DNA of 63,869 bases, the filler included, from Craspedostauros australis (Eukaryota): NCBI GenBank assembly GCA_030167865.1. It is 8 parts of 8 records of this genome, joined end to end, with 100 filler letters (N's around TTAATTAATTAA, not from the genome) between each part and the next. Parts side by side here need not be neighbours in the genome. Positions count along the whole stretch, not along the records: positions 48,159 to 50,929 come from JALAGF010004094.1; positions 51,030 to 53,355 come from JALAGF010004096.1; positions 53,456 to 56,119 come from JALAGF010004097.1; positions 56,220 to 61,830 come from JALAGF010004100.1; 4 more parts are not named here. One strand, given 5' to 3'. Numbering within the stretch: the stretch's first letter is position 1; each line of letters begins with the position of its first letter. Shown here one piece after another: positions 49,238 through 61,548 of this stretch. The notes under the pieces were generated by a model that did not search any database, was not told the origin of the DNA, and saw only the letters and a list, made by a program, of their open reading frames with translations. The translations under genes and the position numbers were made by a program.

Positions 49238-50929
49238 ATGATAATCCACACCAAGACAATCATCGTCACCACTCTCCTTGTTGCCTTCATTGTGGTGGCT
49301 GAAGCGCGCCTAAACGGAGAAGAGGCCACGAGCGGTGTGGATGAAATGCACCTGGCATTGCAAGCCACTCGAACAATCAAGGCTGCTGTCGGCGTTGGCA
49401 ACAACAAGGGTGCCAAAACAAACAAAAACGACGTCTTGGATCCCTCCAATCCGCCATCTTCAATGCCTTCAACCTCCAAGGACGCTGCAGGTCCGACCAT
49501 CATGCCCACATGGATTCCAAGCGCTCATCCAACGATCGATCCCACACGCTCTCCGACCTCATCGCCGACCATGCCGCCAGCCCCACCTCCATCAGCTCCT
49601 CCGATGGATTTCGATTCCGCCATCTCTGTTGTCTGCAAGCCCGATGGTGTCACCATCCTCACACCATATGAAGCCAGGCCCAAGACCATCATCTGCAACT
49701 CTGCCAAGCCATCATGCCGTGAGGCTGTAGCTGCTGTCAAGGAATCCAACGAACTGCAGAACTTCTTTGGATGCGCAGGGAACCTTGGAGAAGGAGCCGC
49801 TCGCAAGCTCTTCAACAAGTACGCATCGGACGACATGCTCGCTGAGCAGCTTATCCGCATTGCTGCCACGAACCCAATCCTCGTCACAGAACGACCAGAT
49901 GCAATGGAGGCAGCCTGTATGTCCATCGGAATGGCCCAATCTCCATCCGTCGCCAATCCATGCTGCCAAGGACCATCGGGATGCACCTCACTCACCGGAT
50001 CCGCCTCCAACTCTCCTCCTTTCATGACCATCGCCATCACAGCATGCACCGGTGACAGTGCCTGCAAGGACATGGGACCGAACCCTCTCATTCTCGATTC
50101 CTCCTGCACTGGCGCGAGTGCATGTGAGTTGATGAATCAGAGCAAGATCAATCCCTTCATCACAGGAGTGACCTTCGTTGGTGAAGGTGCATGCACCAGC
50201 GCGCAATCCTGCAAGGGAGTGGGTCATCTGTCCAGCGGCGACGTGACCATCCAGGAGGGTGCATGCATTGGGTCAGAGGCATGCAATTCCACTGGACGCC
50301 GAGTTGTGCAGAAGGCACCATCATTTCGCTTCCGCAGCCATATCGACATCGGGGCGAATGCGTGCATTGGCAGCAATGCCTGCAAGGATGCCCATTCCAC
50401 CGTGAGTCGTTTTCCTGGTGGCAAGATTGCAGGAAGCCTGACCATCGGTGATGGCGGCTGTGCTGATGAAGGCTCATGCGAGAAGCTTGGCTTGAATGAC
50501 AGGATGAGAACAGATATCATCGTCCCTCCTGGCGGTTGCGGCGGTGTTCAGAGCTGCTGGGCATGCATGACGAAGACAGAGTGCAACTTTGATGAGGTAT
50601 ATCTCATCAGTGATGCAGAGGAAGCTTGTCCCAAGGGAGGCAGGGACACAAACTTCCTTCCAACAGGTGACAAGGTGGAGGAGTATTGCGTTGCCAAGGA
50701 CACCTTGCCAACAGAGTGTCCGACGTTCTTTCCCACCCCATTTCCTACCGTGTCGGTTGAACCCACATCTGTCCCCACATCGGCTCCGACATCAGCTCCC
50801 ACATCGGCATCCTTGACTGTTGGATGTCTCTCAATACCAGGTAATGGCACATCAACGTTCAATCTCATCACTGGTGATGTATTGTGCGATGGTGCAACAG
50901 GCACATGCACGGGCTTCGCCTCCATGGTT
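49238..50929 (+). CDS. Secreted Cys-rich repeat protein with Pro/Thr/Ser mucin-like linkers; 3'-truncated
   Basis: Signal peptide MIIHTKTIIVTTLLVAFIVVAEA, PT/PS stalks, and repeated (I/V)xxGACxGxxAC units. Confidence 0.8.
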
Positions 50930-51651
50930 NNNNNNNNNNNNNNNNNNNNNNNNNNNNNNNNNNNNNNNNNNNNTTAATTAATTAANNNNNNNNNNNNNNN
51001 NNNNNNNNNNNNNNNNNNNNNNNNNNNNNCTCTCATCAACGATCAATCATGTGTTCGGAGAACAATCTTTGACACGAGGTTGAGTACCGTTGTCATGATG
51101 ATGAAATTCCGCTGTGATGCATTGGCATCATCGTGGATTACAAGAATCTCATGAATCTCCAGACACGCTGATCAATCCTTCCCAACGCGAGCGTCGTCCA
51201 ACGCAAACAAGGCATCACGCTCATGGCGAGAGGGCGAGAGGGCGAGAGGGCGTTCTGCAGTTTCATTTTCATGTCTGAGCATGCGCTGTGACAAAATGAG
51301 CCTGGTGGACGATTCCGCCACAGTCACATTGCATCGCATTCCATTGGAATACATCGTTTTGCATTGTATCATGACACTGGCACTTAGTACTTGAAGCCGT
51401 ACCACACAGGAATCTCCAGGGACGGTTCTGTCACGCTTCACGATTTGCGGCTGCAATCCGCATGGATTCGAGTGGCAGAGTGCTGTGGAAACAGACGAGC
51501 AGCTTGGCCTGCCTTTCTTTGATGTACAAACTTCGATCACAAAACCCCGCTTGGGCTGCAACGACATCCATCCAAACAGAGCATCGACGATCACATCCCA
51601 TCATTGCTCTTGGACGGCACCACAAGACTGCAACACTGCAACACTGCTATC

Positions 51652-53355
51652 ATGGTGAACCAACTGCTGTCTCCGCATGAATTGCATCCAGAAACCCTCA
51701 AGCCACCGAGTTCGGGAGGCAACCCGACGAGTGGCGACGACGAGCATGGGAACACCCTGCGTCACGACGACATGTCAGACAGCGAGGAAAGCATTGACAC
51801 CACCGTTTTGTTGGACTCGGTAGGGGAGCTCGTCGAGCGGCAGGTGATGGAATCCGCATTGCTCAGGGCCAACCTCGACGACTCCCAACAAAGCCGGTAC
51901 AAGCTGTTGCCGCGCTATGATGCAACGCAGGACCTCACCATTGGCAGGGTCTTGGGTCGCGGAGGCTCTTGCATCGTGTATGAGGTGGACAATCTTGGGG
52001 GGGAGACCGTCACGGACGACCTCCCAACCACGGACGGTTCCAAGTTCTCCCTGCTCAGACGTCTGCGCGGCAAGTCCAGATCCAGATCCAAATCAAGGCA
52101 GCGTGGTCAACCCAAATCGAGCGGCAGAGCCGGCAGGAACACGCACGACAACCGCAACCATAACCATAGCAACGAGCAGGCATCGCAGCAGGGCAGTCTG
52201 CGTCTGGGCAGCGAGTGGGAGGATGTTGATGGGAGCAGTGCTACCGACCATGGCGCCATCGATTGCGATGTCCGAATCCACAATGATGGGCGCCATACCA
52301 TAAAGCATGCCATCGATGTCTCCCTTTCCAAGGGCTTTCTCATCCAGTCGCAGATCAAAGACTGCCCATCAAGGGGTGTGACTTACAGCGACAGCCGCCA
52401 TCATCATCAAATGAAAGGCACTGACAACGGCAGAAGCAACAGCCAAGTGGAATACAACATCAAGAACGCAGATGAGATGATACAACATGATTCGGGGTCC
52501 TGGACACAAAGCGAAGTTTCCATTATGCCAAACACTGGTAGCACCAGATTTGTCTTCAAGAGGGTCGCTCCGGAATACCTCGAAAAGGACAAGCCCACCT
52601 TCTTCAAGGGCACCGTTGATCTCGCCATGGAGGCGCACTACTTGTCAGCCTTGCACCACCCCAACATTGTCGCCCTCATCGGCATGAGCGCAAGCGAACC
52701 TTCCGTCGACCCCAACTACTTCATCCTCATCGAACGGTTGGAGGAGACACTCACCAAGAGAAGTGAGAAATGGGCCGCCATGAATCGCATCAACAAGGGA
52801 ATCACTGGCGCCTTCATCAGAAGCAAGAAAAGGGTGCAGAAGCTGCTCCACCAGCAGATGGAGGCAGCCTACGATATCGCAGCTGGCTGCGAGTACCTGC
52901 ACGAGCAGAACATCATCTTTCGTAGTCTGGTAAGTGCGGCATAGTACGACTACTGATGTATGGCAGCGCCAGGCTACCATGCGCTCATCTTCATGTTATT
53001 CGGAGACTGTGCGCGTGTGCTCTGCCATTGCTTTGATCGATATTTGGCACCATGTGCTCACGCTGCCACCTTCAACGTCACTGCCACGTTCACCTCCTAT
53101 ACCTACGCTCACACTACATACGTGCACATGCAAAATCCACATACACATCCACATGCAAATGCAAATGCACGAGCAGAAACCAGACAACATTGGATTCGAC
53201 TCAACCAACGTGCTGAAGCTCTTCGATTTCGGCCTGTCAAGAGAGATTCAGGAGGAGGACAAAGTCTCCGACGGATTGTATCGAATGACCGGCATGACAG
53301 GTACCTTGCGGTACATGGCGCCGGAGGTCGCCCTCGACCAACCCTACAATCTCTC
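51652..53355 (+). CDS. TKL-like protein kinase-fold protein, probable pseudokinase. Exons 51652-52929 and 53177->53355; 3'-truncated
   Basis: GRVLGRGGSCIVY, FVFK, DLAMEAHYLSALHHPNIV, spliced IIFRSLKPDNIGF, KLFDFGLSRE, TGTLRYMAPEV. Confidence 0.85.
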
Positions 53356-53455
53356 NNNNNNNNNNNNNNNNNNNNNNNNNNNNNNNNNNNNNNNNNNNNT
53401 TAATTAATTAANNNNNNNNNNNNNNNNNNNNNNNNNNNNNNNNNNNNNNNNNNNN

Positions 53456-54975
53456 GCGTTCCATACTTCACGCTGGTACCACATCTGACACTGCGTGCCG
53501 GACACTTTGGCGGCCAGCAACCCAAATCGACCCAACCCGTACGCGATGCACTTGGCTTGGCTCGCCAGGAACAGCTCGACAAACGTGGCATCGTACGATG
53601 CTGCGGATGCACCGCGTTGTTGATCCAAATGCAGGACTGCTGTCTGTGCTTCGTTCGATGTCAACAGCTGCATGGATGGATCAAGGCTATTCGTGTCCCT
53701 GAGATCCGCAATGAGATCCGCCGAGTCCGCGTAAATGAATACTGGCAGGCGCCGTTGATGCGATACGGCGCGAAAGTCCATGGATTGCTGCACACACCGC
53801 AAAGCATGCATCGCCTGCTGAATGGCATGATCCTTGGAGGCACCGTGCCATGCCAGTCCATTGGAGTCTGCGGAGATGGATCGATTTCGTGAGCCATCTC
53901 TTTTCGCTTGGGAATTGGTATTGCTGTATTGAGCGTGTGTGGTGGACGTTGCTGGTTGCAACAGAGTTTGGTGTTCATCCTTGGCCACCCCCATGGGATA
54001 CCGCACTCGCCAATGCACAGCAGCATACTGGCCAGCAGGGATGTTCCATTTCCGCTGGATCTCCTCCACCTTGTGCTGTATTCTTGGATGCGGCCGAAAC
54101 AGCAGATGGAACAGGTGGCTGTACGTGCCGAATGGCAGCGGCGACTGGCCATCTCGCACCAACCGTTCATCCAAGACGTGGTTCATTTCGTGTGCTGTCA
54201 GTTTGTATTTCAGCACTTTGCGATTGCGCCAAGTAGTTGTGGCGCGTTCGATTGCCTGGTCAATCCTGCTTGACCAGTTGGGCATTTCCACATTGGCCTC
54301 CTGCTTGAGGATCCGATGGAACAGCAGCATCGACGGATCTTTGCGCAGCATCTCTGTGATGCGCAATGACGCCGGCACCGTCCAATTGAGCAACGGCGGG
54401 GCAGATCCATCTGCAGCGCTCATGGCACTTGTCACCGGAAGCAAGTACTGCTCGATGCATGGTTCCTCCCACCACACCATCCACACCCTCCCAGTGCGAT
54501 GTGCGAGATAGATGTCCCATTCCAGCTGTCCCAGACGGTCATGCAAACCGCCGCAGAAATTGCGACAGTGTCGAATCAGCAAGGGTGGTGCATCAGGGTT
54601 GGTGTAGATGGCCTCGTCTGGAAACTTGGAACGCATCTCGTAGTGCCATTGTAAGTACGACTGCATCCATTGGGGCAACTGTGCAAAGTGATGGTGCAAA
54701 TATTGCATGGATGGCTTCGTATTGGTATTGGGTGACGACCATTTGGGATGAGACGGATGTGTCATCATCGAATCTGCCTGGTCGTCGATGGTATGAAACG
54801 CAAAGGACTGCAGAGAATGATTCATTGTCCAATGTACCATCGCGGCCATCGCCACCATCACCATCAGCATGATGCATGACCTTCTTCTCATGAACGCCAG
54901 CAGCCTCGTGGCAATGGGCCTCGCCCGTCTTCTCTTGTCGCCATGATGATGATGTAGTTTGAAGGAGCGGATCAT
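53456..54975 (-). CDS. Type II membrane fucosyltransferase-like glycosyltransferase (GT-B, NodZ/FUT8/GT11-like motifs); 3'-truncated
   Basis: Basic N-terminus plus single TM (IMLMVMVAMAAMVHW). Motifs CGGLHDRL, YAAVHWR, FIYADS and TFVELFLASQAKCIAYGLGRFGLLA. Confidence 0.65.
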
Positions 54976-55406
54976 GAAGGACGGCGCAGTCTCTCACGCT
55001 CTTTGTACTTCGAGAGGTCTGTATGCCGCTGTAGAGTATTTGATGCCACCAATACCACCGTTTTCGGCGCCACCGCCACGAGTGTTGTGATCTTTGTTGA
55101 CGTTACTGTGTTGTTTGATGAAGGTGATGGGAGTGTGATGATTGATGATTCGCGGTGACCATTGTGCGCAATTCGGCACCAGACAACACAACGCCAACGT
55201 CAACAACGGTGGCAACAACGAAGAGACATTTGGCACCAAGATAGTATCCTTGACTCGATTAGTGACTGACAGAGTATAGAAGACACAAGCGAAGCTAGAG
55301 TTCACATAGTTGTCACAGAGTGCTCTGCTTTGCCAGCACAATGTAGGAAAATGATGGTAGAGTACGAATTAGAGCATGCTAGTATGTGTGGTTGCGCATG
55401 TAATGA

Positions 55407-56119
55407 TTATACGACTTGGCAGGCAGATTGCTCTGGTCCAGGGCAATCCGCGGTTGCGTCGTCGATTACGTACGTCTCGTCGGCTGACGCGCACAATGGT
55501 CCTCGGGCGCAATTGGTACAGGGGGTTGTTAAACTGGTACAGACTCCTGCTCTGATGATGATGTCATTGGTTGCACTGTCGCTGAGGCCAAGAAGACTGC
55601 ACGTGTTGGCACCCGAGCACGCACCGTCTTCGATGATCACGCTTCCTCGAATTTTGGTATTTGAGCTATGTAAACGCCGACAAGCGGAATTCCTTTGGCA
55701 CGCATTCTTTCCAATGAAGACGCTTACCACGACCGGTGTCGTGGTTGTAGACCCTTGGATGCCCTTCTGCGCAAGGTTCGCGCATGCCTCTAATGCATCA
55801 CATGCTCCTTCTTCAACTCGTATATCGCCAAAGGTATGAACCCCCATAAATGCACAACTCAGCGATCCAACACAAGCTCTTGGCCCAATCACACTGTGTC
55901 CGACTTCGACACCAGCAGCTGGCTGAACTGAGAAAGCGCCCAACTCGCGGCAAGAAGATGGTCCCTTGCAGCTGTCAAGTATGATTGCGTTGGGACGTGT
56001 GCGTCCGCATGCCTGAGACTCGGTACATGAACCTGAGCTCACTGTCATGACACCACCATTAGCAGGTTGAACGGTGCAAGCACTACCACCACGGCAGCAT
56101 GAGCCATTGCATGCCTTCG
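55407..56119 (-). CDS. 5'-truncated C-terminal module of a Cys-rich repeat protein, probably the 3' end of the gene at 49238
   Basis: Frame is open from the contig edge (KACNGSCCRGGSAC...). The repeats are collinear with the module in 49238-50929. Confidence 0.75.
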
Positions 56120-56219
56120 NNNNNNNNNNNNNNNNNNNNNNNNNNNNNNNNNNNNNNNNNNNNTTAATTAATTAANNNNNNNNNNNNNNNNNNNNNNNNN
56201 NNNNNNNNNNNNNNNNNNN

Positions 56220-57952
56220 TCGTGTTAGTAGCTTCGTCATCTCCTTAAATGCTGGCTTGCCCACTGGGTTGGTGGTGGTTGTCTTGTACATGTCGAATAG
56301 CGCCATGATGCTTTTTCCTCTACGATCGAAGACAGGAACATTCCCGAATACGACTCCTTCCCACTCCACTTCGTGGCACAAGCCAGCCTTGTACGTGGTC
56401 GTAGTGCAGAGAAAGGACACCACACCAGACAAAGCACACGCAGTCACACGATATTGAAGAACTTTGGGAGGAATGGTTTCCCCGTCGCTCAACATGTCGT
56501 GGTAACGATGCAATGTGTTATGTTGGCTTTTAGTGACAGTTAATCGATTACCATGTACACGCACGCGTTCTTCCTCCGGCAATCCATTGGCGTATCCAGT
56601 GAGAATGTCTGTGCATGTTGTTGGAGACGCAGACTGCGCGAGAACGGCTCTCGCGCAGAGGTGCATGACCTTGCTCCCTCCAACACATATGCGGTACAGA
56701 TTAGGTGCAAGCCTCATTGGTGGCAGTGGTTGCCCAGCTCGGACGAATTGCACCACCTCATGCATCTGGCGAGTCGGTGTGGCTGCTTTTGGGAGCAACA
56801 CATCCCAGAGCGCACAAGCAATTGGTGCCCACAGCCGTTTGATGTTGCTCCAGACTTGCCTATCGTGTTTTCCACCGAGTACGAAGCCCGTCTTCGGCAT
56901 AGAGTCGAACACTTTTGGAGATAGACCAGACTTAACCAACCCTGCGACGCCGGCCAACGCATCGCGACGCCATCCTCTCACCGTTTTCTTGATGATTCTG
57001 TTGCGACCTGTTCGCTTCCTCCTGCGATCACGGCCATCCACGTAGTCGTCGTCGCTGTCAACATCAACATGAGCGCAAGAGCCTCCAGCGACAGCGTTTG
57101 CGTGTCGTGAAGTGCTTGCGCGGGTAGTCGGTTTGGCAGGAGACTCGACGGGAGGTGGCACGTTCACGCTGACGTCCACCACTGTGATAGCACCGACACC
57201 TTGTCCCACCGTACGCAGTGTGACCGTCGGTGTGTCAAAAATGACACCAGCCACACTGGACAGGCGCACGTCGACGCGCAAGTTGGCAGCATCGACATGC
57301 GCCAAAGTTGGAACAAGGTTGCTGTCCACTGGAAGCATCGGCTTCACCTCGATCGCATGAGTGATGTTGGTTAGCTTCCGCAATCCAGCAGACAGCTTGT
57401 CAGGCAACAGCTGCTCACGAGTAGGTGCCAAGTTGCCATCGGAATCAAACGGAGAATCGAGAGGGGCAGCACAGGAACGAGGCTTCTTACGAGGAGATGG
57501 GTTGTCACTCTTGATGGAGGCTTTGGCGGCGGTGGAGGACATGGTGTTGATGGTAACAGAGTAGCTTGATTGATTGATCGACGAATTGCACTGGAGAACA
57601 CGGAATGAAAGCGAGTGGAGGAGGTGTTGGATGCAGCAGCAGCGACCACAACTGCCAATGCAACCAGTACTCTCACTACTCACACTACAACCGCAGCACA
57701 ACAGATAGAATGAGCATTGCATCGGCGGAGGAAGCTTTGGAATGACTCCAAAATGTGACGGGAGTTTTGTGTCTGCGTGGCGACGATGTGGTCATACGCA
57801 TGCGGCGATGATGTGCGTGATGTGTGTGATGTGTGTGATGTCCACGAACGGGAAATGTCAATGGACTCTGGAGCCGCTAACGTTGTTTAACGTGTTCGAA
57901 ACGATCGAGGAGGAAGGAAAAAGCTGGAGACACTAACGTGAATGGGCACCTT
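56220..57952. repeat. 1733-bp reverse-complement copy of 61931-63663 (overlap between contigs 7 and 8)
   Basis: Ends match as reverse complements and the ORF translations are identical. Confidence 0.95.
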
Positions 57953-58312
57953 CCGATATTCACTCAGAACAGCAAAGAACTTTCAGAAAAACTACATTGT
58001 GGAACGCACGTGATTGACCCCTACGACTCCAAATATTGGATTGTCCATAAAACTAAAACAATAAACTTTGAAATTCTGGGTAGTTTTCCTGTTGCTATGG
58101 ACACCATAATGAGTAGGTTGGTATGCTTAGTTTGGTTGTAATCGAAGAAAAAGTGCCACTCTACTTTACAAACGGTTGGTCGACTCACTGACCTGGGTCC
58201 TAAGAACCGACTACTTTCCTTTTGAGAGTATCCCGTGTCGTTGCTTGAAATTGCTTTTGGCGCGCAATTGTCCAAACCCGACAGTGGACAGACCTCTCTT
58301 TGCCCTCCCCTC
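56220..58312 (-). mobile_element. Possible Sola-like DNA transposon, 5' part (ORF from 57542 running off the contig)
   Basis: Candidate terminus GAGGGGAGGGCAAAG on the minus strand at 58312, flanked by AAAA. The ORF resembles the pre-catalytic region of Sola3-type transposases as recalled from memory. Confidence 0.35.
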
Positions 58313-58372
58313 TTTTCAGTCACGAACCATTCCCGATTCTCATGCTACGGTCCATCTAAGCCAACCAACGAA

Positions 58373-61300
58373 TGTGGGAACTATATGCTCCTCAGATCCT
58401 GTCAGATGAACTCCACCTGGATTCCCTCTTGCTGCCATGACGTCCACTGACTATGCCAGCCACATCGTGAGAAATCTAAGCTGCTTCAACCTCAGCAATG
58501 GAATCCTGATGCAAGACCAATCTGCTGGCTCCGGCTGCACAGCCCCATCGCTTCAACACCTGCTGAAGCCACGAGACCTGCTGCATGACATCGCCTAAGA
58601 CTCAGAGGGTAAGAACAAAGAGGAAAGTACAGTCTCTTCTCAGCACTGAACCATGAGGGTCAGTGCGGGGCTGTGCCAATACCGGAACATCGTTTCTTCA
58701 TCCTGCTTACAACTACTATCTCATAATAAACCAAGTTCAGATTAGTACAAACACTACTACTCTATTCATCGTTACAAGCCTTAACAGCCATACAACATTC
58801 AAGCCCAGTGAACTGCATTAATCGGCCTCATCTGAAGCCGGCAGTCCACAAGGCCTACTCCGGTTCGTCTACAAACATAGCCGAATTCCAACTGGTAGCT
58901 GTGAGTGGTTTCATTAACTTTCACCCAACTCTATTGAGCAACTTCCTCTCCCAACCGCTCGTACGGTCTCTCAGAGACCAAGCCAAAAGGCGCAGCTTGC
59001 AAACCGAGCAAATCAACTCAAGCAAGACCCCAAGGTCTTTATCCGAATGTATCTGAATCATCATCAGACGCCAGCGTTCGAAAACCGAGCAATCCAAGAC
59101 AAAAGTCCCAACTGCCAGTGACCGACAGCGTCACCTGACAGCAGCCTCTGCCAAGCAAGTAATCCAACCGCTTGAACACCAAGCGCTTGTCTCCTCAAGA
59201 ACTTTCGCCGAGCCTCAGTCCACACCTTCCAAAGAAGTGAGACCAAGCGAAATCAGCAGGACGCAAGAAAGATCGATCCCTGAAGTCCAAAGACCTCTCT
59301 TAAGCCCACGCCATCCATCATGGCGGATGAGGCTAGCCCCCTCACGCTGGAAGAGCTGCAAGCGCAGCTCCAAGCGCTAACCGCTGAGAATGCGCGCCTC
59401 ACACAGGCCGCGATCACAGCCGAAGCAGCTGCAGAAGCAGCAAGGGTGGCCGCAGCAACCACGCAAACAGCGTCGGGAGCCAGCGCCACCCCTCTCCGCG
59501 CCAGTCTCAACCCCGGCGGGACCGGAACGACAACTCGTGACGATCTCGACCCTTCCTTCCTAAGCGGGAGTCCCTCTGGCAACATTGAGACTCCAGGAAC
59601 CAAAAAGAGGGACGGCCCCGGAAGTGACAGCGAAGACGGAGACCCCGACCTTTCCGGCAAGCCCACAGCTCCCATCATGGGAGGTCTCCTCATGCAAGGT
59701 CGCAACTGGGTCCCCTGGACAGGAGGAGCACCGAACTCAACCTGGACGGGCCTCGAAGACGAATCCCAGACCATGTGGACGAACTCCCAACAGCAGAGAA
59801 TCCTTCACAACAGGGTGGACTCCACCAACCAATCCAAGCGCGAAACTGGGTTGTCCGACAAGTTCAAGAAAGGGAACAGCATTCAACAGTTCGTTCGCCT
59901 TGTGCGAAACCACTTGTCGAAGACCGGACTCCTCACCATGGCCTATATCTCTGATGACACGGCCACATCCGAGATGACCTGCGTTCTTGACGCTCCAGCC
60001 TCCTTCACTCTCGAGGACGCCACAAGGCACTTTGATGAGTATAGTCCAAGATGGGACCACTACGACGTCCAAAACAACTGGACGGCCGCAGCCTTCTTCC
60101 GTGACAGCTTTGATCCAGTCCTTGAAGACCAACTCATGAATCGCATTGAGCCGAAGTATCACAACAACTTCATCACGCTCTTCATCGAGTTCATGAACAG
60201 CATCACGGCCAACTCGCTGGATGAGCAAAACATGATCACGGATCGCATTCGCTCCGTCTGAAGCCACCAGTTCGCTGGTGGCAACGTGGGATCCATGGCC
60301 GTCCATCTCCGCTCGCTCTGCAAGCGCCTCGACGACGCCGGTCGCTTTGACCTCCGTCTCCTCCGCAACATCCTCGACGCCTTCCTCCAAGCAGGGAGAA
60401 AGAGCCTCTCAGGTGAACAGTGCCGATATCCTCTCTATGTGATGAAGGATGACCTTGAGAAGATCCTCATGCGTCTCCCAGTATTCACGTACGAGCACGC
60501 CCTACCAAAGCTGGCCGCCAAGGACCTAACGTGGATGGCGATCTGCAACAAGGCACAGTCCTCATACGACAACGAGGTACGCGGGGACCGCTGGCACGCC
60601 ACTCGGCGCGTCAGGGACACCGGTGTTCCTAGAACTTCGTGCGCCAACAACGCCACGAACAAGCACAGCGCCAACGTCCTTGAACAACACAGAGGGTTCA
60701 CCAAGAAGAACGGAACGAAGGTGCCAGCCAAGAAGGGCAAAGAACATGACGACAACCGCAACTCCAATCGCGGATGGTCCTCCAAGCCGCCCAAGTCTGG
60801 GGAACCACAGCGCAAGCTCGTTAACAACAAGACCTTCATGTGGTGCGCCAAGTGTCGCCGATGGCGCCTCTCGCACAACACTGAGAGTCACCAGGACAAC
60901 TTCAAACCCAAGGCTAAGGCAAAAGGCAAAGGAAGCCCCAAGACTGACAACTTCGAAATCGACATGGCAGCTTGGACGTGCTTCACTGCCGCAGCCAGCC
61001 AAGACGAAGATACCTGGTGGTCCCTAGTCTGGAACTTCTTCACTTCCTTCAACTACCTCAGCGGAACCATTGGCTCGCTCCTGTTCTTCACAATTCTTCA
61101 AGTCATCGCACTGGGAGTTGCACATGGATGGTATATCGCAGCGGCAAACGTTTGGATGATCACAGCCATCACGCTGGTACTACTACACACCAACGTCCCG
61201 CAAAGGCCATACACTCTCCGCTCCAACTACCTAGTCTACACAAAGGCAAGAGCCAAGGAAGAAACCAAACGACACCAAGTTCGACCAACTCGCTTCAATG

Positions 61301-61530
61301 AAGCTGTAACACGCAGTCTTCATGATGTGATGATTGAGCGGACCGATATGTCCGACCAAACGCCAAAACGCAACAAACGTCGTTGGATTCGCCGAACCCG
61401 AACCAAAACTCGCAAATCAAAGCCAAGGTATCCCAACCGAAGTGATCCAAAACTTTCAACCAAGCCACCCACTTATGGCAAGAGACATCATGCGCCACTT
61501 CAAAGATCACCTTGCGTGACTGATCGGCAT
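58373..61530 (+). mobile_element. Truncated Ty1/copia (CoDi-like) LTR retrotransposon: 5' LTR (~58373-58890, start uncertain), PBS and gag; pol absent
   Basis: ...TTCCA is followed by a PBS and an A/C-rich leader, then a gag with the CoDi-type knuckle WCAKCRRWRLSHNTESH. Composition changes abruptly at ~61520. Confidence 0.75.
58893..58912 (+). other. Primer-binding site complementary to the 3' end of initiator tRNA-Met
   Basis: TGGTAGCTGTGAGTGGTTTC fits the eukaryotic tRNAiMet complement pattern TGGTAGC-N6-TGGTTTC and lies 2 nt after a terminal CA. Confidence 0.75.
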
Positions 61531-61548
61531 GTCGAGATGTACATGTGA
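59320..61548 (+). pseudogene. Copia gag interrupted by one in-frame TGA (60259-60261)
   Basis: ORFs 59320-60261 and 60286-61548 share a frame (RIRSV*SHQFAGGNV). Gag motifs WDHYDVQNNWTAAAFFRDSFD and the Zn knuckle are present. Confidence 0.75.
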
